A stretch of 64,000 bases of DNA from positions 76,446,001 to 76,510,000 of the forward strand of contig OZ024741.1 of assembly GCA_964016885.1 (NCBI GenBank). The letters are read 5' to 3'. The stretch comes from Eledone cirrhosa. Its lineage: Eukaryota. A program made the position numbers and the translations under genes. The notes beneath the pieces are model-generated. The model had not been told where the DNA came from. It made no database searches and saw only the letters and a program-made list of their open reading frames with translations. This document shows, piece by piece, positions 1 through 13,840 of this stretch. The stretch's first letter is position 1. Every line of letters begins with the position of its first letter.

Positions 1-736
1 AATTTCTTCCTCGGGGCGCGTAGGGATACATCCTCTTCTACTGGCGCTGATTGGCTGAACTGAGCCAAATCACGCACAGAGAATGTATGTGAGCCCGCGG
101 AATGTAGGTCACTACAGTTACAACTGAATAAAGTTTGTTTACCTTTCTTGTTGGTTGTCTTCGATACTTCCTTAATTTTGTTGATGTTGTGTTCAGCCAT
201 GCTGTTTGTAGCAAATCCTTGTAAAATGAATTATATATTTAGTCGGATATCTCTACGAATTCGAATAAAAAGTGTCTTCAGAAGATATAGTTAGAAGAAT
301 AACCAGTTATTCAACATGACTGTAGTTGTGGCATTACTGTCGGTGATAGCATTCATCTTAAATTTAATAAATAGTCTCCCACGCCAAAATATGCGACTGA
401 TCGCGTTGACTGTATAGTGTATGTGTATGCATGTATGTATGAATGTATGTATGTGTGTGTGTATGTATGTATGCATTGGCGGACTGGGTCTAAAAATATT
501 GGTTGCCAGGAAGAGACAAAGAAGCCCACATACAACTACAATACTATCATTTAATTTTATATCGAATAAATATTTTTTTTTAATCCTCTCTATTTTTGTG
601 TATGCTATTGACAGTAAAATTGTAAAGTAAAAATACGGATTATGCGATATATTAAAAATTTCTTTATTTTTACAATAAAAAAGATCTTGTAAAATATACA
701 CATCCACGAAATAGCAGTAATGAGCTTCGGTTTTAA

Positions 737-792
737 CACACACACGCGCGCACGCGCACGCGCACGCACGCGCACACGCACACGCACACGCA

Positions 793-885
<93 letters not shown>

Positions 886-899
886 CATATATATATATA
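737..899. repeat. (CA)n/(CG)-mixed microsatellite plus short (TA)n
   Basis: Direct reading; explains the HT/CV-repeat ORFs at 291-952. Confidence 0.98.
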
Positions 900-2874
900 C
901 TAGAGCAGAGGGAGCAATGGGTGACACTGTGAGCTCCCAAGAAAACTCTCATAACCCAGTGAGGTAGCTACGACGAGGCGAGTAAAGGCCACACCTAAAA
1001 ATGATTAATCTTCGGAGATCTGAGAAAAGTACGACTGGTGCGAATGAGACACAAACACACTGCAATGTGTGTAAACAGTAATAGCATCCCTACCACATTG
1101 TCTTTCACACGGGATAGAAAGGGACACATTAGGTAGAGGAACATGTTCGAAAAATATATTGAAGTCTCCATCCAACGCTGTAAGAAATGGCGATGGGCTT
1201 AAGACTTGTCCTAGGAGACATGGGATGGAAGCACAAAGTTGATCTTTTTATATGGCCATTAGTTTAAGTACTCTTGACTTAACAATTGATGTAATTGGTC
1301 TAAGTTTGGTAATGTTGAGCAGTTCACAGATACAGATACGGTCGCTGAGCCGCTTGCCAGTCATAAGTCTCATGATGTGGTTCTGGAATGTAGAGAGCTT
1401 CTGAAGTGACCTTGTTGTCCAATTAACACAATCAGGACCATATAACACAACTGGTAGGGTGTAAGTATCGAAGATCTTAGCCTTCAAATGGTAGGAAACT
1501 AGTTTTGATGTTAGTACTTCCTTGTTCTTGTTGAAAGCTGCCCAACCTAGAGCGATGCGATACTGCACAGTAACCATTCCATTGTTGTTTGATGATAGTT
1601 TGTGACAGAGATATACAAACTCTGTAACTTGAGTAATTTGCTGGTTATAGATTGTGAGATGGAGATTGGCATTGCTTTTATCAGTTGTCATACACTTTGT
1701 TTTGGAGATGTTGATGTGTAAGCCAGCCTCCAGCGAATGTTTGGCCAGTACATTCTGAAAGTCTTGCAGATCAGTTCTAGAGTAACTCATGATGGCCAGA
1801 TCATCTGCATAGCTAAGAGTTGATAGGATTTTACCTCCTATTTGATAGCCAGAAGAGCATTCTCCTTCAGTTTGGTAAATAAGTGCAGCTATAACTATAC
1901 AGAAAAAAAAGTGCTGATAGTACAAACCCCCTGCTTCAAGATGTCTATATAGCGTGTAGTTCCCAAGTCTGTTTTGATATATGCTGTTGAGTTGGTGTAA
2001 GTTTCTTTCAATATGTTGATGTATTTTTTGATAATTGAGGTCTTGTTTAAGAGTTGCCACAAGCTGGATAGTTTCACGTTGACAAAAGCTTTTGTGAAAT
2101 CAATGAAGGTGATGTGCACAGGGTTGTTGAATTCTATTGATTTCTCAATGGTTTGTTTAATAGCCTAGATCTGCTTAATGGTGCCTCTTCAAGGTTGATA
2201 CGCGGCTTGTGTTTCAGGAAATGAGGCGTAAAGGTCTGAACTCACTCGTGCTGCAGTGGTACTCATGAAAAGCTTATAAAAGTGACTCACTAAGCTGATA
2301 TGATGATAGTTCCCACAATCAAATCAAATCTGCTACCTTTTTTTGTAGAGCACAACTATGAATGCTTTCTTGAACATGCCTGGGCTTTTTCCTGTAGTGA
2401 TAATACAGTTAAAGAGATGTTGAAGTGCTTTGATAATTGGTTCACCTCCAACTTTCATGAATTCTGAGTGTATGTTGTCCAGTCCAGGGCTTTTTCCTCG
2501 CTCCAAATCTTTGATGGCATGAAATATCTCACTAGCCAAGGTAGATGGGATGGCATCTGCTGTCGAATCATGAATGGTTGTTGGTTCTGAGTTGCTGACG
2601 TACATTTCTTCATAGAATTTAGCCCAGCGTTCAGCGTCTTTGGAAGTAAGGATTATATCGTTTGAATCTTTAATGCCCCAGCTAAGTTTTCTTCATAACA
2701 GCATGATATAACCTGTTGGGTTGTAGGTTATTCAGCTCCTCGATGTTGTACATTTGCTTAAGTTTGTCTGATTTAACGAGTTTTCTTTTGATTCAGCATT
2801 TGCTATTCTATATGGCACATTCTCTTCTGATTCTATGTTTTTCAGATATTACTTTGTTTGTTTGTTGTGACATC
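900..2874 (-). mobile_element. RTE-type non-LTR retrotransposon, 3' body (linker, RT, C-terminus, 3'UTR), degraded
   Basis: Minus-strand ORF pieces carry RT motifs: GKSPGLDNIHSEFMK (2333-2605), FIDFTKAF (1895-2119), LSYADDLA and FVYL (1248-2060). Several frameshifts; ends in (TA)/(TG) microsatellite near 900. Confidence 0.85.
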
Positions 2875-4523
2875 GCGTGGTCGGGTCGTTGGCGACTAAA
2901 CCGGCAACCCCACCAAGTTTAATTGGTGAGGACGGTGATTCTGGACACCTTGTAGGACAAAAAACAAAACTTAACAAAGGGCGGAAGAACTCATAAGAGT
3001 CAACGGCCATCCAAAAATGTGTAAATATGTATATACTGTATGGGTGTGGGTGTGTGTAGGATTAATTGCATGTTTGTTTGTGTATATATGTATATATATT
3101 TGATAAAAGAAAACATTTTTAATTTTATTTTTTTTATTTTTTTTATTTAAAATTTTTTTTTAATTAAAAAATTTTTTAATTTAAATTTTTTTGTATATGC
3201 ATATGCCACGAAGGTTAAAGTACCAAGTTAAGATCTGGCGCGGTTTAGCCTCTCTTAATGAGGGTGGGTGGAATCTCTCTGAGTCTTGGTTGATAACTCA
3301 CCTAGTGATGGTATCACGATAAAAACACTGGTCTTTGCGTTACCTTACAAACGCCTTCTTCCAATATGCCTTGAGGCAGCATGGAAGAGTAGGCTCATAA
3401 AATTAACATGAAAAAGTCACCTCAAAGATTCGTTGTACAGAGGAGACCACCTCCGGATCCACGAAAAGTGAACTGGGGGCACAAAAGCAGCCCCAGACTG
3501 ATGTGAGAGCTATGACTAGGGGATCACACCAGCAACCTCGAACTACTTTGATTTATATGAATAGAAGAAACACCCAGACAAAAGAAAACACCTTCAATAT
3601 CTGCACATACAACACATGTACCATCAATGGCCGTAATACCAACTTTCTCGAGACAATGATATATGAACTTCAGAAAGTAAACTGGGAAATTATCAGACTA
3701 TCAGAGACTAAATCAAATGAAAACAAAATGAAGATACACCAAGATACCCGACACCATATTTATCTGTCAAGCAATGTGACTCGTTGCATGAATGGAGTGG
3801 GTTTCTTGGTGAACAAAAAGTGCGCATCATTAGTACACAACTATCGACCTATATCAGACAGACTAGCTATTCTGAGCTTGAAAAGTAAATTTTGTAAACT
3901 CGTATTTATCCAGTGCTACTTTCCCACATCTACACATCCAGATAAAGAAATCAATGACAACATACAGACCATTATAGATAAGACACGAAAGAGAGATCGC
4001 CTTTTTCTGATGGGTGACTTGAACTGCAAAATTGGGCAACTGAACGAATCATTCCCATAAAGTATTGGGAAATATACCACAGGTACATTTAACTCGAGAG
4101 GCGAGCTTCTAGCCGAATTTTGTACGAGAAACAATATGCAGATGACCAATAGAATATTTCAAAAGAAAAACCTGTTCACTTGGATATAATCAGACAGTAT
4201 AACTAAGAATCAAATAGACTTTATAATAGCAAGAAAATCTTCAGCAAGACTAAACATATTAGACAGCACTGCTCTTAACACACCTGATATATCTGACCCT
4301 CGAATGGTGCGCATGAGATTTCGCATCAACTTTGTTTGGGCACAAAGAACTAAAATACCATCGAAAGTTAACTTAGACAAACTCTCAGGTAACGAAACAA
4401 CAAGCTGATTTAAACTCGAGTTGCAAAACCGCTTTTTAGCTTTGCAATCGGATGAAGACCCTGAAAAGATTTATGATACTATCTGAAGAGGCATAAAAGA
4501 GGTATCTGAAGAGATTTTACCTA
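2875..4523 (+). mobile_element. 5' part (head module, 5'UTR, APE endonuclease) of the same RTE-type LINE, in inverted orientation
   Basis: ORF 3503-4060 has APE motifs (NICTYN, LSETK, GVGFLV, QCYFPT, MGDLNCKIG); broken frame continues through NQIDFI to LQNRF and EVSEEILP at 4523. 2876-3016 matches the head module at 15313-15507 and 52098-52294. Confidence 0.85.
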
Positions 4524-6844
4524 TGGGATGTTAATTAGTTCAAAATATAAGGGGAACAAATTTTCCGGTTCAAATATTTTTAAATTCTGTTTTCACTTTT
4601 CGTAAATTTCCTCTTTTTCCATTTTCACTTTTAATATATTCCATTTTTACCCCATTTTATTGTATCTCCTGGGTAAACAATTGTAGTAAATTTAATTAGT
4701 CATAGGAAAGTAGTTGAAATAACTCGATCGGAATGCTACAGTTGCTGTTGCTTGTGGTGTTCATCCCAGCCAAGTGTTTATAAGGCTATTATTGTTGTTT
4801 GATCTTATTTTTGTACATCAACCAGACCAAAGGACGTTTCGAAATTCTTCATTATCCTGGACCTGAAAACGCCCTCCGATATAAACAACTTATACCCTTC
4901 ATTGACCCTCTATATGATGTGACGGTTGACGTCTCACCTACCGCATTGTTCAACTGGTAATAACAGCATTACATATGCTAATAACAATAGTGAGATATTT
5001 AGATAGAAATATGTGGAAAAAATGGATGGGCAGGTAGTAATTGTGCTTTGTGCACGCTAGCCCCTAAAAATGGTGATAGACTTTGAATTCCAGAAGAAAA
5101 AACAGATGATTGAATTAAAAGATTAAAGAAAAAGAATGCCAACTTCTGTTTTTATTGAGAAAAAAGAAAAGCTAAGTCATGTGTTGATGTTAATAGAATT
5201 TATTGTTGTTTAACATCAAGTCAGATTTAGCCAAGTAGACCTATGTATATTTGGCTTCTTCGTTTTGTAAAACTATCAGTTCTAATTAATTAGCCACGGG
5301 ACAGCCTTGATCGAGAGAAACTATGTACAAAGGTATCTAAATATCCATGTTCTTTTGTGAGGTTTGATTTCAGGGAGATTTGGCTGCTATTTCTAGAAAG
5401 TCGACCAACCACATATAGGCTCTTTCTTTAGCTCGTAAAACTGTTGGCTTTTGATCTGACAGAAAAGATATCATTTCGGAGGTAGATTTCGAAGGTGACA
5501 GCTGGTTTGTTCTGGTTGTGGGACTTTAGGAGTTCTAGTGCTTTCTTCCTTCTTTATTATTTCCTTTTTCTTCTTTCTTTCTTTCCTTTTTTTTCTGTGA
5601 ACATATTTTTTTCTAACTAGCTTGTTTTTAGCCTTATTAAGGCCATTCTTCACAGAATCTTTTATCTTTCAATCTTTATATCATTACTTCTTTCAGCCAC
5701 CCTACTCTATATTTCTATATTTCTTTCTACATATCTACCTTTTTCTTTCTTTTTTTCTTTCTTTCTATCTTTCCTTCTTATTATCTTTCTTTTTTTCTTA
5801 TCTTTCTTTCATAAATTATTATTTTTTTTTGTCTATCTGTCTATTTATTTATCAATCAGTTTGTTTGTCTGTCTATCTGTGGTTCTTTCCGTCTTCCTAC
5901 TATTTAAATGTCTTTTGTTTCTTTCCATTGTTCTATTATTATTGGTTTTTCTACCCACCTTCTTTCTTTCTTTCTTCCTTTGTTTGTCTCTTTCTCTCTA
6001 CTTTTTTTAAAATATATATTCCGATCTCTCTTCTCTTCTCTTCTTTCTTTTCTTATTTTCCTAATATTTTATTCTCGTTCTGTCTGTATCTTTTTCCTTT
6101 AATCTTTATTTTTAACGTTGTTTTTGTCATTGTTGTCGTTGTTGTTGCTGTTGTTATTGTTTTTTTTGTCATTGCTGTTTTTGTTGTTATTATTGTTGTT
6201 GTTGCTAGTGATGTTGTTCCATCCATTCGTTCTCTTCTTTCGTTCAACTCCCGAATTATCAATCAGCCACAACTATCCAGTTTACTTGGATTCAGGGACG
6301 TAGCTAGAGAGAAGGTAGGGGTTTTGCCACTGTCCCCGAGCACATTCTTTAAAAGAGATGTCTTTTAAACAATGTTTTTAGCTGATTTTTTGTCCCCTCG
6401 TTATTTTTTATTAGTATTTTTTTACCTTAGACTCATTACGTTATTCGACCAACCTCTCAGCATTTTGGACTCTCCTGAGATATTCTGTAACCACTGACAT
6501 CTGTATAATATACACTTCTATTAGAGATTTTTAAACCTTGAAACTACGGTTGCATTTTATATACAAGAACTAGTTAGATGCATAAGCGATGCATAAGTGA
6601 TATGTATATATATAAACAAGAAAAAAAACGCAATTACTTCAACAGCATCGTCTAATACTTAGTATATACAATATATTTTTTCAGATTTCTTTGGTTGCAT
6701 TAGTGCGGTATTAAAACAAGTAAATTCTCTACGACTCTAAACAGATATTTAAATCTTTTCTTGTCAATATCTAGTGACTAAATTTGTAAATAATACCATA
6801 AAACATCAGTTCTATGATACTTTGCATTACAGTAATTCATACTT

Positions 6845-7100
6845 GATGGTACATATGTAGCGAAATCGTTCCACAAATTCTGACTCCTAAACGACACGAT
6901 GTTCAGTTTTTCTTTATCGCGGGTTGGTGCCAGTAGTCTGGAGAAACTGGCCAGTCTGGGGTTATTTTCTTAAAGCCATTCGGCACTCGTTTTGCTGCAG
7001 GGACAGACATCACACGGGGATGCACTATCAAGTAGAGATATGTAACGCTTAGTAAAAAAATCCAGCCGTATCGGCAGGATTGGCACCGCTCCGTATGCAA
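6845..7100 (-). mobile_element. Possible very degraded Tc1/mariner transposase remnant
   Basis: Translation PAAKRVPNGFKKITPDWPVSPDYW weakly recalls the mariner WP..SPDLNP.DY.W region. Confidence 0.3.
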
Positions 7101-7379
7101 ATGAGTTTCATCAGCTCATAAACAAAAGCGGAATTTTATAAGAATCCAGCTTTGTTTAGCTTCAGCAAAAGTGGAGAGATGTGTAGTCTTGACAACCACT
7201 TATGAGTGAGAAACGGTGGCATCGTCGATCACTTACCCCTGCATTTGTTAAAGCTAGGTATTTGACGTTTGTCACAACCTTAAAATTCAAAGTAAAAGGC
7301 CTTCAAAATGTTTTTTCATAAACATGCCGTATATTGTTACATATACAATACGTATGTTCATATATATATATATAGGAAT

Positions 7380-7930
7380 GAAAAATGGCGTGCTGTGTTG
7401 TTGCAAATGTGATATACAAATTAAAATGAAGAATTAGAAATAGAAGCCAGGACTATCCATCATCAGTATTTCTTCGCATTAAAGACCAGATACCTCAGGC
7501 TAGCGCGAACAATAACTAAAATAAGTTATTGGGATAAAAAAAATTGGGTGGAGAAAGAGAGCCAGGTAAACAAACACGAATGGTGAGGCAACGTAAAGAG
7601 AGTAAAACATGAGAAAATCAAGTCAATGATTCATTTGAACATAAGAACTGGAGAATATTGACGAGAAGCCGAAAGACACATCTTAACCGTGCGAAAAGTA
7701 AGCGAGGAAAGAATTTCGCACGGTGTGGGACGATGGAGGAAGTAAGAGAGAGGGTGAGTAGCAGAGAGTGAGTGAGTGAAAGTGTGAGGAAGAGGCTAGC
7801 CGAGAGAGGGTGACTAGCAGAGGGGGTGAATGAAAGTAAGAGGGAGAAGGAGAGAGAAGGGGGAGAGAGAAAGAGGATAGCAGTAAGGGAAGAGAAAAAG
7901 ACAGGTCACAGCGAAGGGGAAAGCATATAG
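7380..7930 (-). mobile_element. Non-autonomous repeat, probably PLE-derived; same family as 53930-54500
   Basis: Shares TAGCCTCTTCCTCAC, GTGCGAAATTC and GAGGTAT.TGGTCTTTAA.GCGA with 53930-54500; carries a partial HHR core (CTGATGA-T-GGA-TAG-TCC, 7450-7466 minus); bracketed by (TA)n. Confidence 0.6.
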
Positions 7931-8030
<100 letters not shown>

Positions 8031-9016
8031 TTTTGAAAAGCACAAGAACTGTGAAACGGGTAAAGGAAACAAATAAATATTCTTAAAAAGACTCCAGTTG
8101 CATTTTCGATTTCATCTTTTTTCCTTATACTTTCATTCGTGTAGGACAGCTCGTATTTTTTTTTCATTAAAAAAAACCTCATGGTAAATGGAATAATTGT
8201 ATTGTGTTGTTTATTACATAAGTAAATAGCTCTGTACTACACATAGAGCACTCTTCTTCCTTTACCTTTTCTACGGAAATATTTCATATATAATCGGCAT
8301 TAGCACTAAGACAACGTTTACGCATAATAGAGGTGTGTATATACTATATATTTTTTATATACAATAAGCACATGGAAGCCTCGTTATCAAAGAAAAAATA
8401 TTTTTTCGTGAAGAAAAAAATATTTTTCTCTGTGAACACGACACAGAGTGTCAGTAGCAATCAAGAATACCAGACAGCGCTGTCTCAAGAATCGTTAAAC
8501 TTTCAGAAGTGACCTTCACTCAACCAGTACTGACATGAAAATTGACAAGAGTCTATATAGAATTTGCTTGATGAACATTTGTCACAAATGCTCATTTGCA
8601 TATAGCAAATAGAAAACATCGGCTGGAAATGATCATCTGCATATAGTGCGAATTTGGCTGATTGTTATTAAGTAGTAGTAGACCTAAGGCAGCCGTATTT
8701 ATTATGGGTGGCGTCAAAATTCAATTTGTGGGCTTTTGGGGGGGGGGGGCATTGCAGAATCGTTTCAGCATGGGTTTTTTATTTAAAAAAAACCCATCAA
8801 TTAACTTTTTAATTAAAAAAAAGATTTCTATCTAAAACTGCTTACTACTGCAATACGTGTTTTTTTATATCTAAATACTTGTTTGTAATGTATAAGTGTA
8901 TTCTGATTTAATTGGTAATTACATTTTAATCCTCAATGAATTAAAACTGAAACAACATATAACATTTTCAGAAAGTGGCATAACTAATGTTATCACATGT
9001 AAACAGATGCTATGCA

Positions 9017-9100
<84 letters not shown>

Positions 9101-9213
9101 TAAAGACAGATATGACGCAATCATATGATTATGTAGCATCTGTCTTCACGTTTATTTCGTAAATGGTAACTCCGTTGCGTTTGATCGCCACCTTCATGCT
9201 GAATAGATACAAC

Positions 9214-9282
9214 TGGCGTGGAGTGCTCATTTCTGTTTACATCTGTTTGCCAAACAGATGTAAACAGAAATGAGCACTCCAC

Positions 9283-9286
<4 letters not shown>
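9214..9286. repeat. Perfect palindrome, 36-bp arms with 1-nt spacer
   Basis: TGGCGTGGAGTGCTCATTTCTGTTTACATCTGTTTG-C-CAAACAGATGTAAACAGAAATGAGCACTCCACGCCA, followed directly by (TA)n. Confidence 0.97.
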
Positions 9287-9333
<47 letters not shown>

Positions 9334-9608
9334 ATACTTGGGGAGGGTCATATTGTTGTAATAATATTGCCAGAAATAATAACAGAAGACACTCAGTTTT
9401 GTTGGTTTTCGCTTCTGTATCTTTAATATAGTTAATTCATTTGGCCATCAATGTTTATGACTGACTGACCAACGGTCAAAAATGCAGATATAAATACATA
9501 TATATAGTCTAACAAAGTTCTTTCGCTGCACATCTGCAACACCATATACTATACTATTCTCATGTTTCCCCTGCTGTATTGTATGTATTGTAATGTCTAC
9601 GCCATTTT

Positions 9609-9676
<68 letters not shown>

Positions 9677-10817
9677 ACTACTACAGCTGTAAAATGCTAA
9701 CCTTCATTAATTTCTGATGAAAAAGAGAATCTAATTATTATTATTATTGTTTGTTTTTGCTGATTTAGAATGTTCTAAATATTAAAATCCAAAAATCATT
9801 TTTAAAAAAGCATAATAAAAAAGAAAAGTTAGAAACGATTAAAATAATTTCTATGGTGCCTCGATGGAGTCACTCGGTTTGCATTGAAATCGTAGCTAAA
9901 ATACACTACACAAAACACATTTTAATCAGCTAACTCCAATCTAGTGCCCACCCTTTGTTTCCTCATAACTTTCTTAATAAAGCCTGTTGGTTTAAGCTAA
10001 ACATAAGCTAAACATAAACTTGGAATTTGTTTTATCATGGCTTTTCATTTCATGTTAACAAATGGTATTAATCAGAATAATGTCGTAAATTTTCTATAGG
10101 AACATGATGTTACTCCTATAATTATGAATTGCGAAAAAGTAACTAAATATTTTTTTATATTTCTGCAACATAATCATAATCTACACGTTCAAAAACATAT
10201 ACCTGGAACATTTCATTAATACTATACATTGTTAAGAAAGCAGAGTGAGGTTCTGAACTGTACTTGTGGCATTAATAAATACTTTCACAATGTAAATACA
10301 CTATACAAAAACACTTTGATTTTTATATCTGTTAGACACGCAGTGACTAACAACAGAATGTTTTAAGTCTGCGTGTCTGATGATGACATACATGCGTAGC
10401 ATGTGAATAAAAATTCAAGGGGTATCGCTGGCCGTGGTGATGCCTCCCAAACATCTTTTGTAATGTATCGTCTTATTGGTTAATTTCATCGTCTTATTGG
10501 CTAATCAACCAACGAGAGTAATTGTTGCTCAAAAGCATCCGCCACTTTGTTTCCACGTTTATTTATCGTTTCGCTTTCGAATCTTCAAAATATTTTTCTC
10601 GTTTTGGTAAGTTATATTGTTAATTTATATGTGATTTTTAAAATTTATATTAACTATTAAAAGTCTGAAAATATTTTTATACATCTTGCAATAATATTTA
10701 TAAGATCATTTATAGAATAACAATTATATAATCAAATTACATTACAACGATAATTTATTATTAATATATATCATGTTTAACTAGAGTTATTACAAGCGTT
10801 GCCTTAAAAAAATATTA

Positions 10818-11265
10818 AACTAGACCTGAAAAATGCGCAAGCTCAAAAGAGCCACAGAATGTTATAATAAACCTTCAAAAGTGTGGGACTAGAGTTGTTG
10901 CTCAAAAATATTGTAATCATTATCTCTCGTACACTCTGTGGCATCCTTTTACAAAAAAGAGACTCATAACGAACTCAAGACGACACGATAATTATTTAAG
11001 TGAATTTATAATATAGAATTCGGTTTAAGTGTATTTCGTATTAATCATTACTAAATATCTAATATGTGATATTGAACATTAGCTTAAATAATTATCGTGT
11101 CGTCTTGAGTTCGTTATGAGTCTCTATTTTATAAAAGGATGCCACAGAGTGTACGATAGATAATGATTACAATATTTTTGAGCAACAACTCTAGTCCCAC
11201 ACTTTTGAAGGTTTATTATAACATTCTGTGGCTCTTTTGAGCTTGCGCATTTTTCAGGTCTAGTT
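10818..11265. repeat. Long inverted repeat, arms 10818-11000 and 11083-11265 (183 bp each, 82-bp spacer)
   Basis: Arms are reverse complements with about 3 mismatches by eye. Confidence 0.95.
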
Positions 11266-12000
11266 ATTTATGCGTTATGTGACATTAGATTAGCAGACTA
11301 GTTATAGCATCGGACGAATACTTAGCAACGTTTGTTCCGGTTCTTTATTTTCCGAGTTCAACATTGTCTTTCATCCATCTGACGTTGATAACAAATTACC
11401 AGTCAAGTATTTTGGTTGATATAATCTAGTTCCCACTCTCCAAAAATTTGTTGACCTTGTGACACAATTAGAAACCATATTTTATGTTATAGTAATATGT
11501 TATGAAAGAAATAGCATCGAAGAAATGATCACTCATTCGCCGCCAAATAACCTCCGACACATAGGTATTGAACAACAATATTTTATCACTGCTGATCCAG
11601 GAGGCATGATTCGGGTTTCTGCAAGAGAATCTCGGTGCGGGAGCGTTCTTGTTAATGATCCGGACTTTCATGTTTTTGGCGCAGCAGTAGCCGATTTTCA
11701 CTGTATGTCGGTTAAAAATTGATCTAAACTTATGGTGTATGGGGAAGTGCTTGTCAATAAAGGCTAAGAAGTTTTTTCCCCCCGTTGAGCAAGAGTCGAA
11801 GGGAGAACCATATTATTGGTTTCTTTCTATTTTTCTTCCTAGCATTAGTTGGGTGTTGTTTAGGAGAGTAATATATTTCTTCTGAGAAACCGCTGTTAGC
11901 TAGAGCGGTGTTATAATAGAGGTCGTCCCATCGTAGATGGCTTTATTGGAAGAAAGGTTAGAGATTCTGTTGCTAGTGTTATTAATGAGGTTTTTAAAAA
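11266..12000 (-). mobile_element. Penelope-like element remnant (linker and GIY-YIG endonuclease), degraded
   Basis: Minus strand reads RKKPIIWFS and FLAFIDKHFPIHHKFRSIFNRHTVKIGYCCAKNMK, then CRNP; matches the PLE ORF at 50355-51275 (RNILWFAPP, SIFNRHTIKLTYS). Confidence 0.85.
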
Positions 12001-12367
12001 CCGTAAGAGGGTGACATGAATGTTTGTGTATACTTTAATAAATGATAGAACTAATACAGCGTGTTTCAGAATAAAAGCATATATGTACTCATACACCGTA
12101 TGTTTGTGTAGGATAAATAAAAATACATTTATCTTTTGATGTCTTATTAATAAACATTCAACAAGACTAGTGGGTCTTTTGTGTTTTGTTTGTTTTTTTA
12201 CAAAATCTATAAGATGTTACTCTATTTCATAACTCAACATCTCGGCATAAGTAAGTGAATGGTAAGGATTATAATGACTGTGGAATATTTGATTCCGTGG
12301 TGGCAGTGATCATATCACAGCTTAAAATGCCCACAGCAGGACTAAAACTATGTTTATATGAATATAG

Positions 12368-12444
<77 letters not shown>

Positions 12445-12493
12445 GAGAGAGAGAGCAATGTAAAATCAGGACCGCGCCCGCGCGTATGTGAAG

Positions 12494-12926
<433 letters not shown>

Positions 12927-13399
12927 GTAGGTAGACTCTTCCCTACTTCATATCGTGCCTGTTATTGTGCATGAGTAAGCATGAACAATTTCGAATTCAT
13001 TCGAGCGCCCGGATAAACAGGGCAAGGGTGTATATAAATATGAGTCTATAACATGTGTAGACACATATGGAAGAGGGTATATAATCGTCTGTTTATAAAC
13101 AAAGACGCTAATGTGATATATTTTTGCCATGGTTATACCATGACTAATATGTCCTCCATCTCGCTTTCTCTCTCTTTCTCTCCTACCCTCCTTTCTCACT
13201 CTATCTATCTACCTATCTATCTCACTCATTCGTCATTTCATTATCTCTTCACACATACATATGCGTTTTTTAATATGTTGAATATACATACACATGCACA
13301 TATATATATGCTCACACTTGTTGGCATACATACAATACATATTTACATACATATATTTATACGTACATACATTCATTCATATATACATATATATGTGTG

Positions 13400-13565
13400 T
13401 GTGAGTCCCGGGTTCAATCGGGGGTAACCACAGTAAGTAAGGTACTCAATACATTAGTAGAGTATATACAAAATTTAATATAGAAATGGCTTCTACAGGA
13501 CTAAAACATCGAATGAAACAGTTCCAGTCCTGTAGAAGCCATTTCTATATTACATTTTATATATA
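13400..13565 (-). mobile_element. Short PLE/HHR-type element with terminal fold-back (arms 13463-13502 and 13526-13565)
   Basis: 40-bp inverted arms; spacer and right arm contain GAAACAGTTCCAGTC; minus-strand tail CTACTA..GTATTGAGTAC resembles the tails at 45525-45548 and 59875-59898. Confidence 0.6.
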
Positions 13566-13840
13566 CAGTTGTCACCCGGTATTTGTGACGGTTACGTTCC
13601 TAGAGTACCCGCGAAGAGTTTAAAAACCGCGAATGTTGGACGTGGTCCATAAAAATGCCTACGGTATATAATAGAAAAAGAGAAAAGGTCTTATGCGAAG
13701 GGGCGTCCAATAGACCGGCAAATACGATATATTGTTATTAAAAATTTAGCGTTAAAAAAGGTATATATTGCCACGAAAAAAGCCATAAAACATCGCGGAA
13801 TATATTTATGATTCTGCGAATATGCGGTGGTTTCAACGAA
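13565..13840. mobile_element. Possible pogo/Tigger-like MITE remnant
   Basis: Starts TA|CAGTTGTCACCCGGTATTTG..GTTACGTTCC; a degenerate complementary end GCGAATATGCGGTGGTTTCAAC lies near 13815-13837. Confidence 0.4.

Noticed and set aside
291-952. ORFs of CV, HT, YI, MYVC or RE repeats here and throughout the window
   Set aside because: Translations of (CA)n, (TA)n, (CATA)n and (GA)n microsatellites.
5622-6368. 248-aa Phe/Leu/Ser/Val-rich ORF resembling a membrane protein
   Set aside because: Low-complexity T-rich and (GTT)n sequence with no domain motifs.
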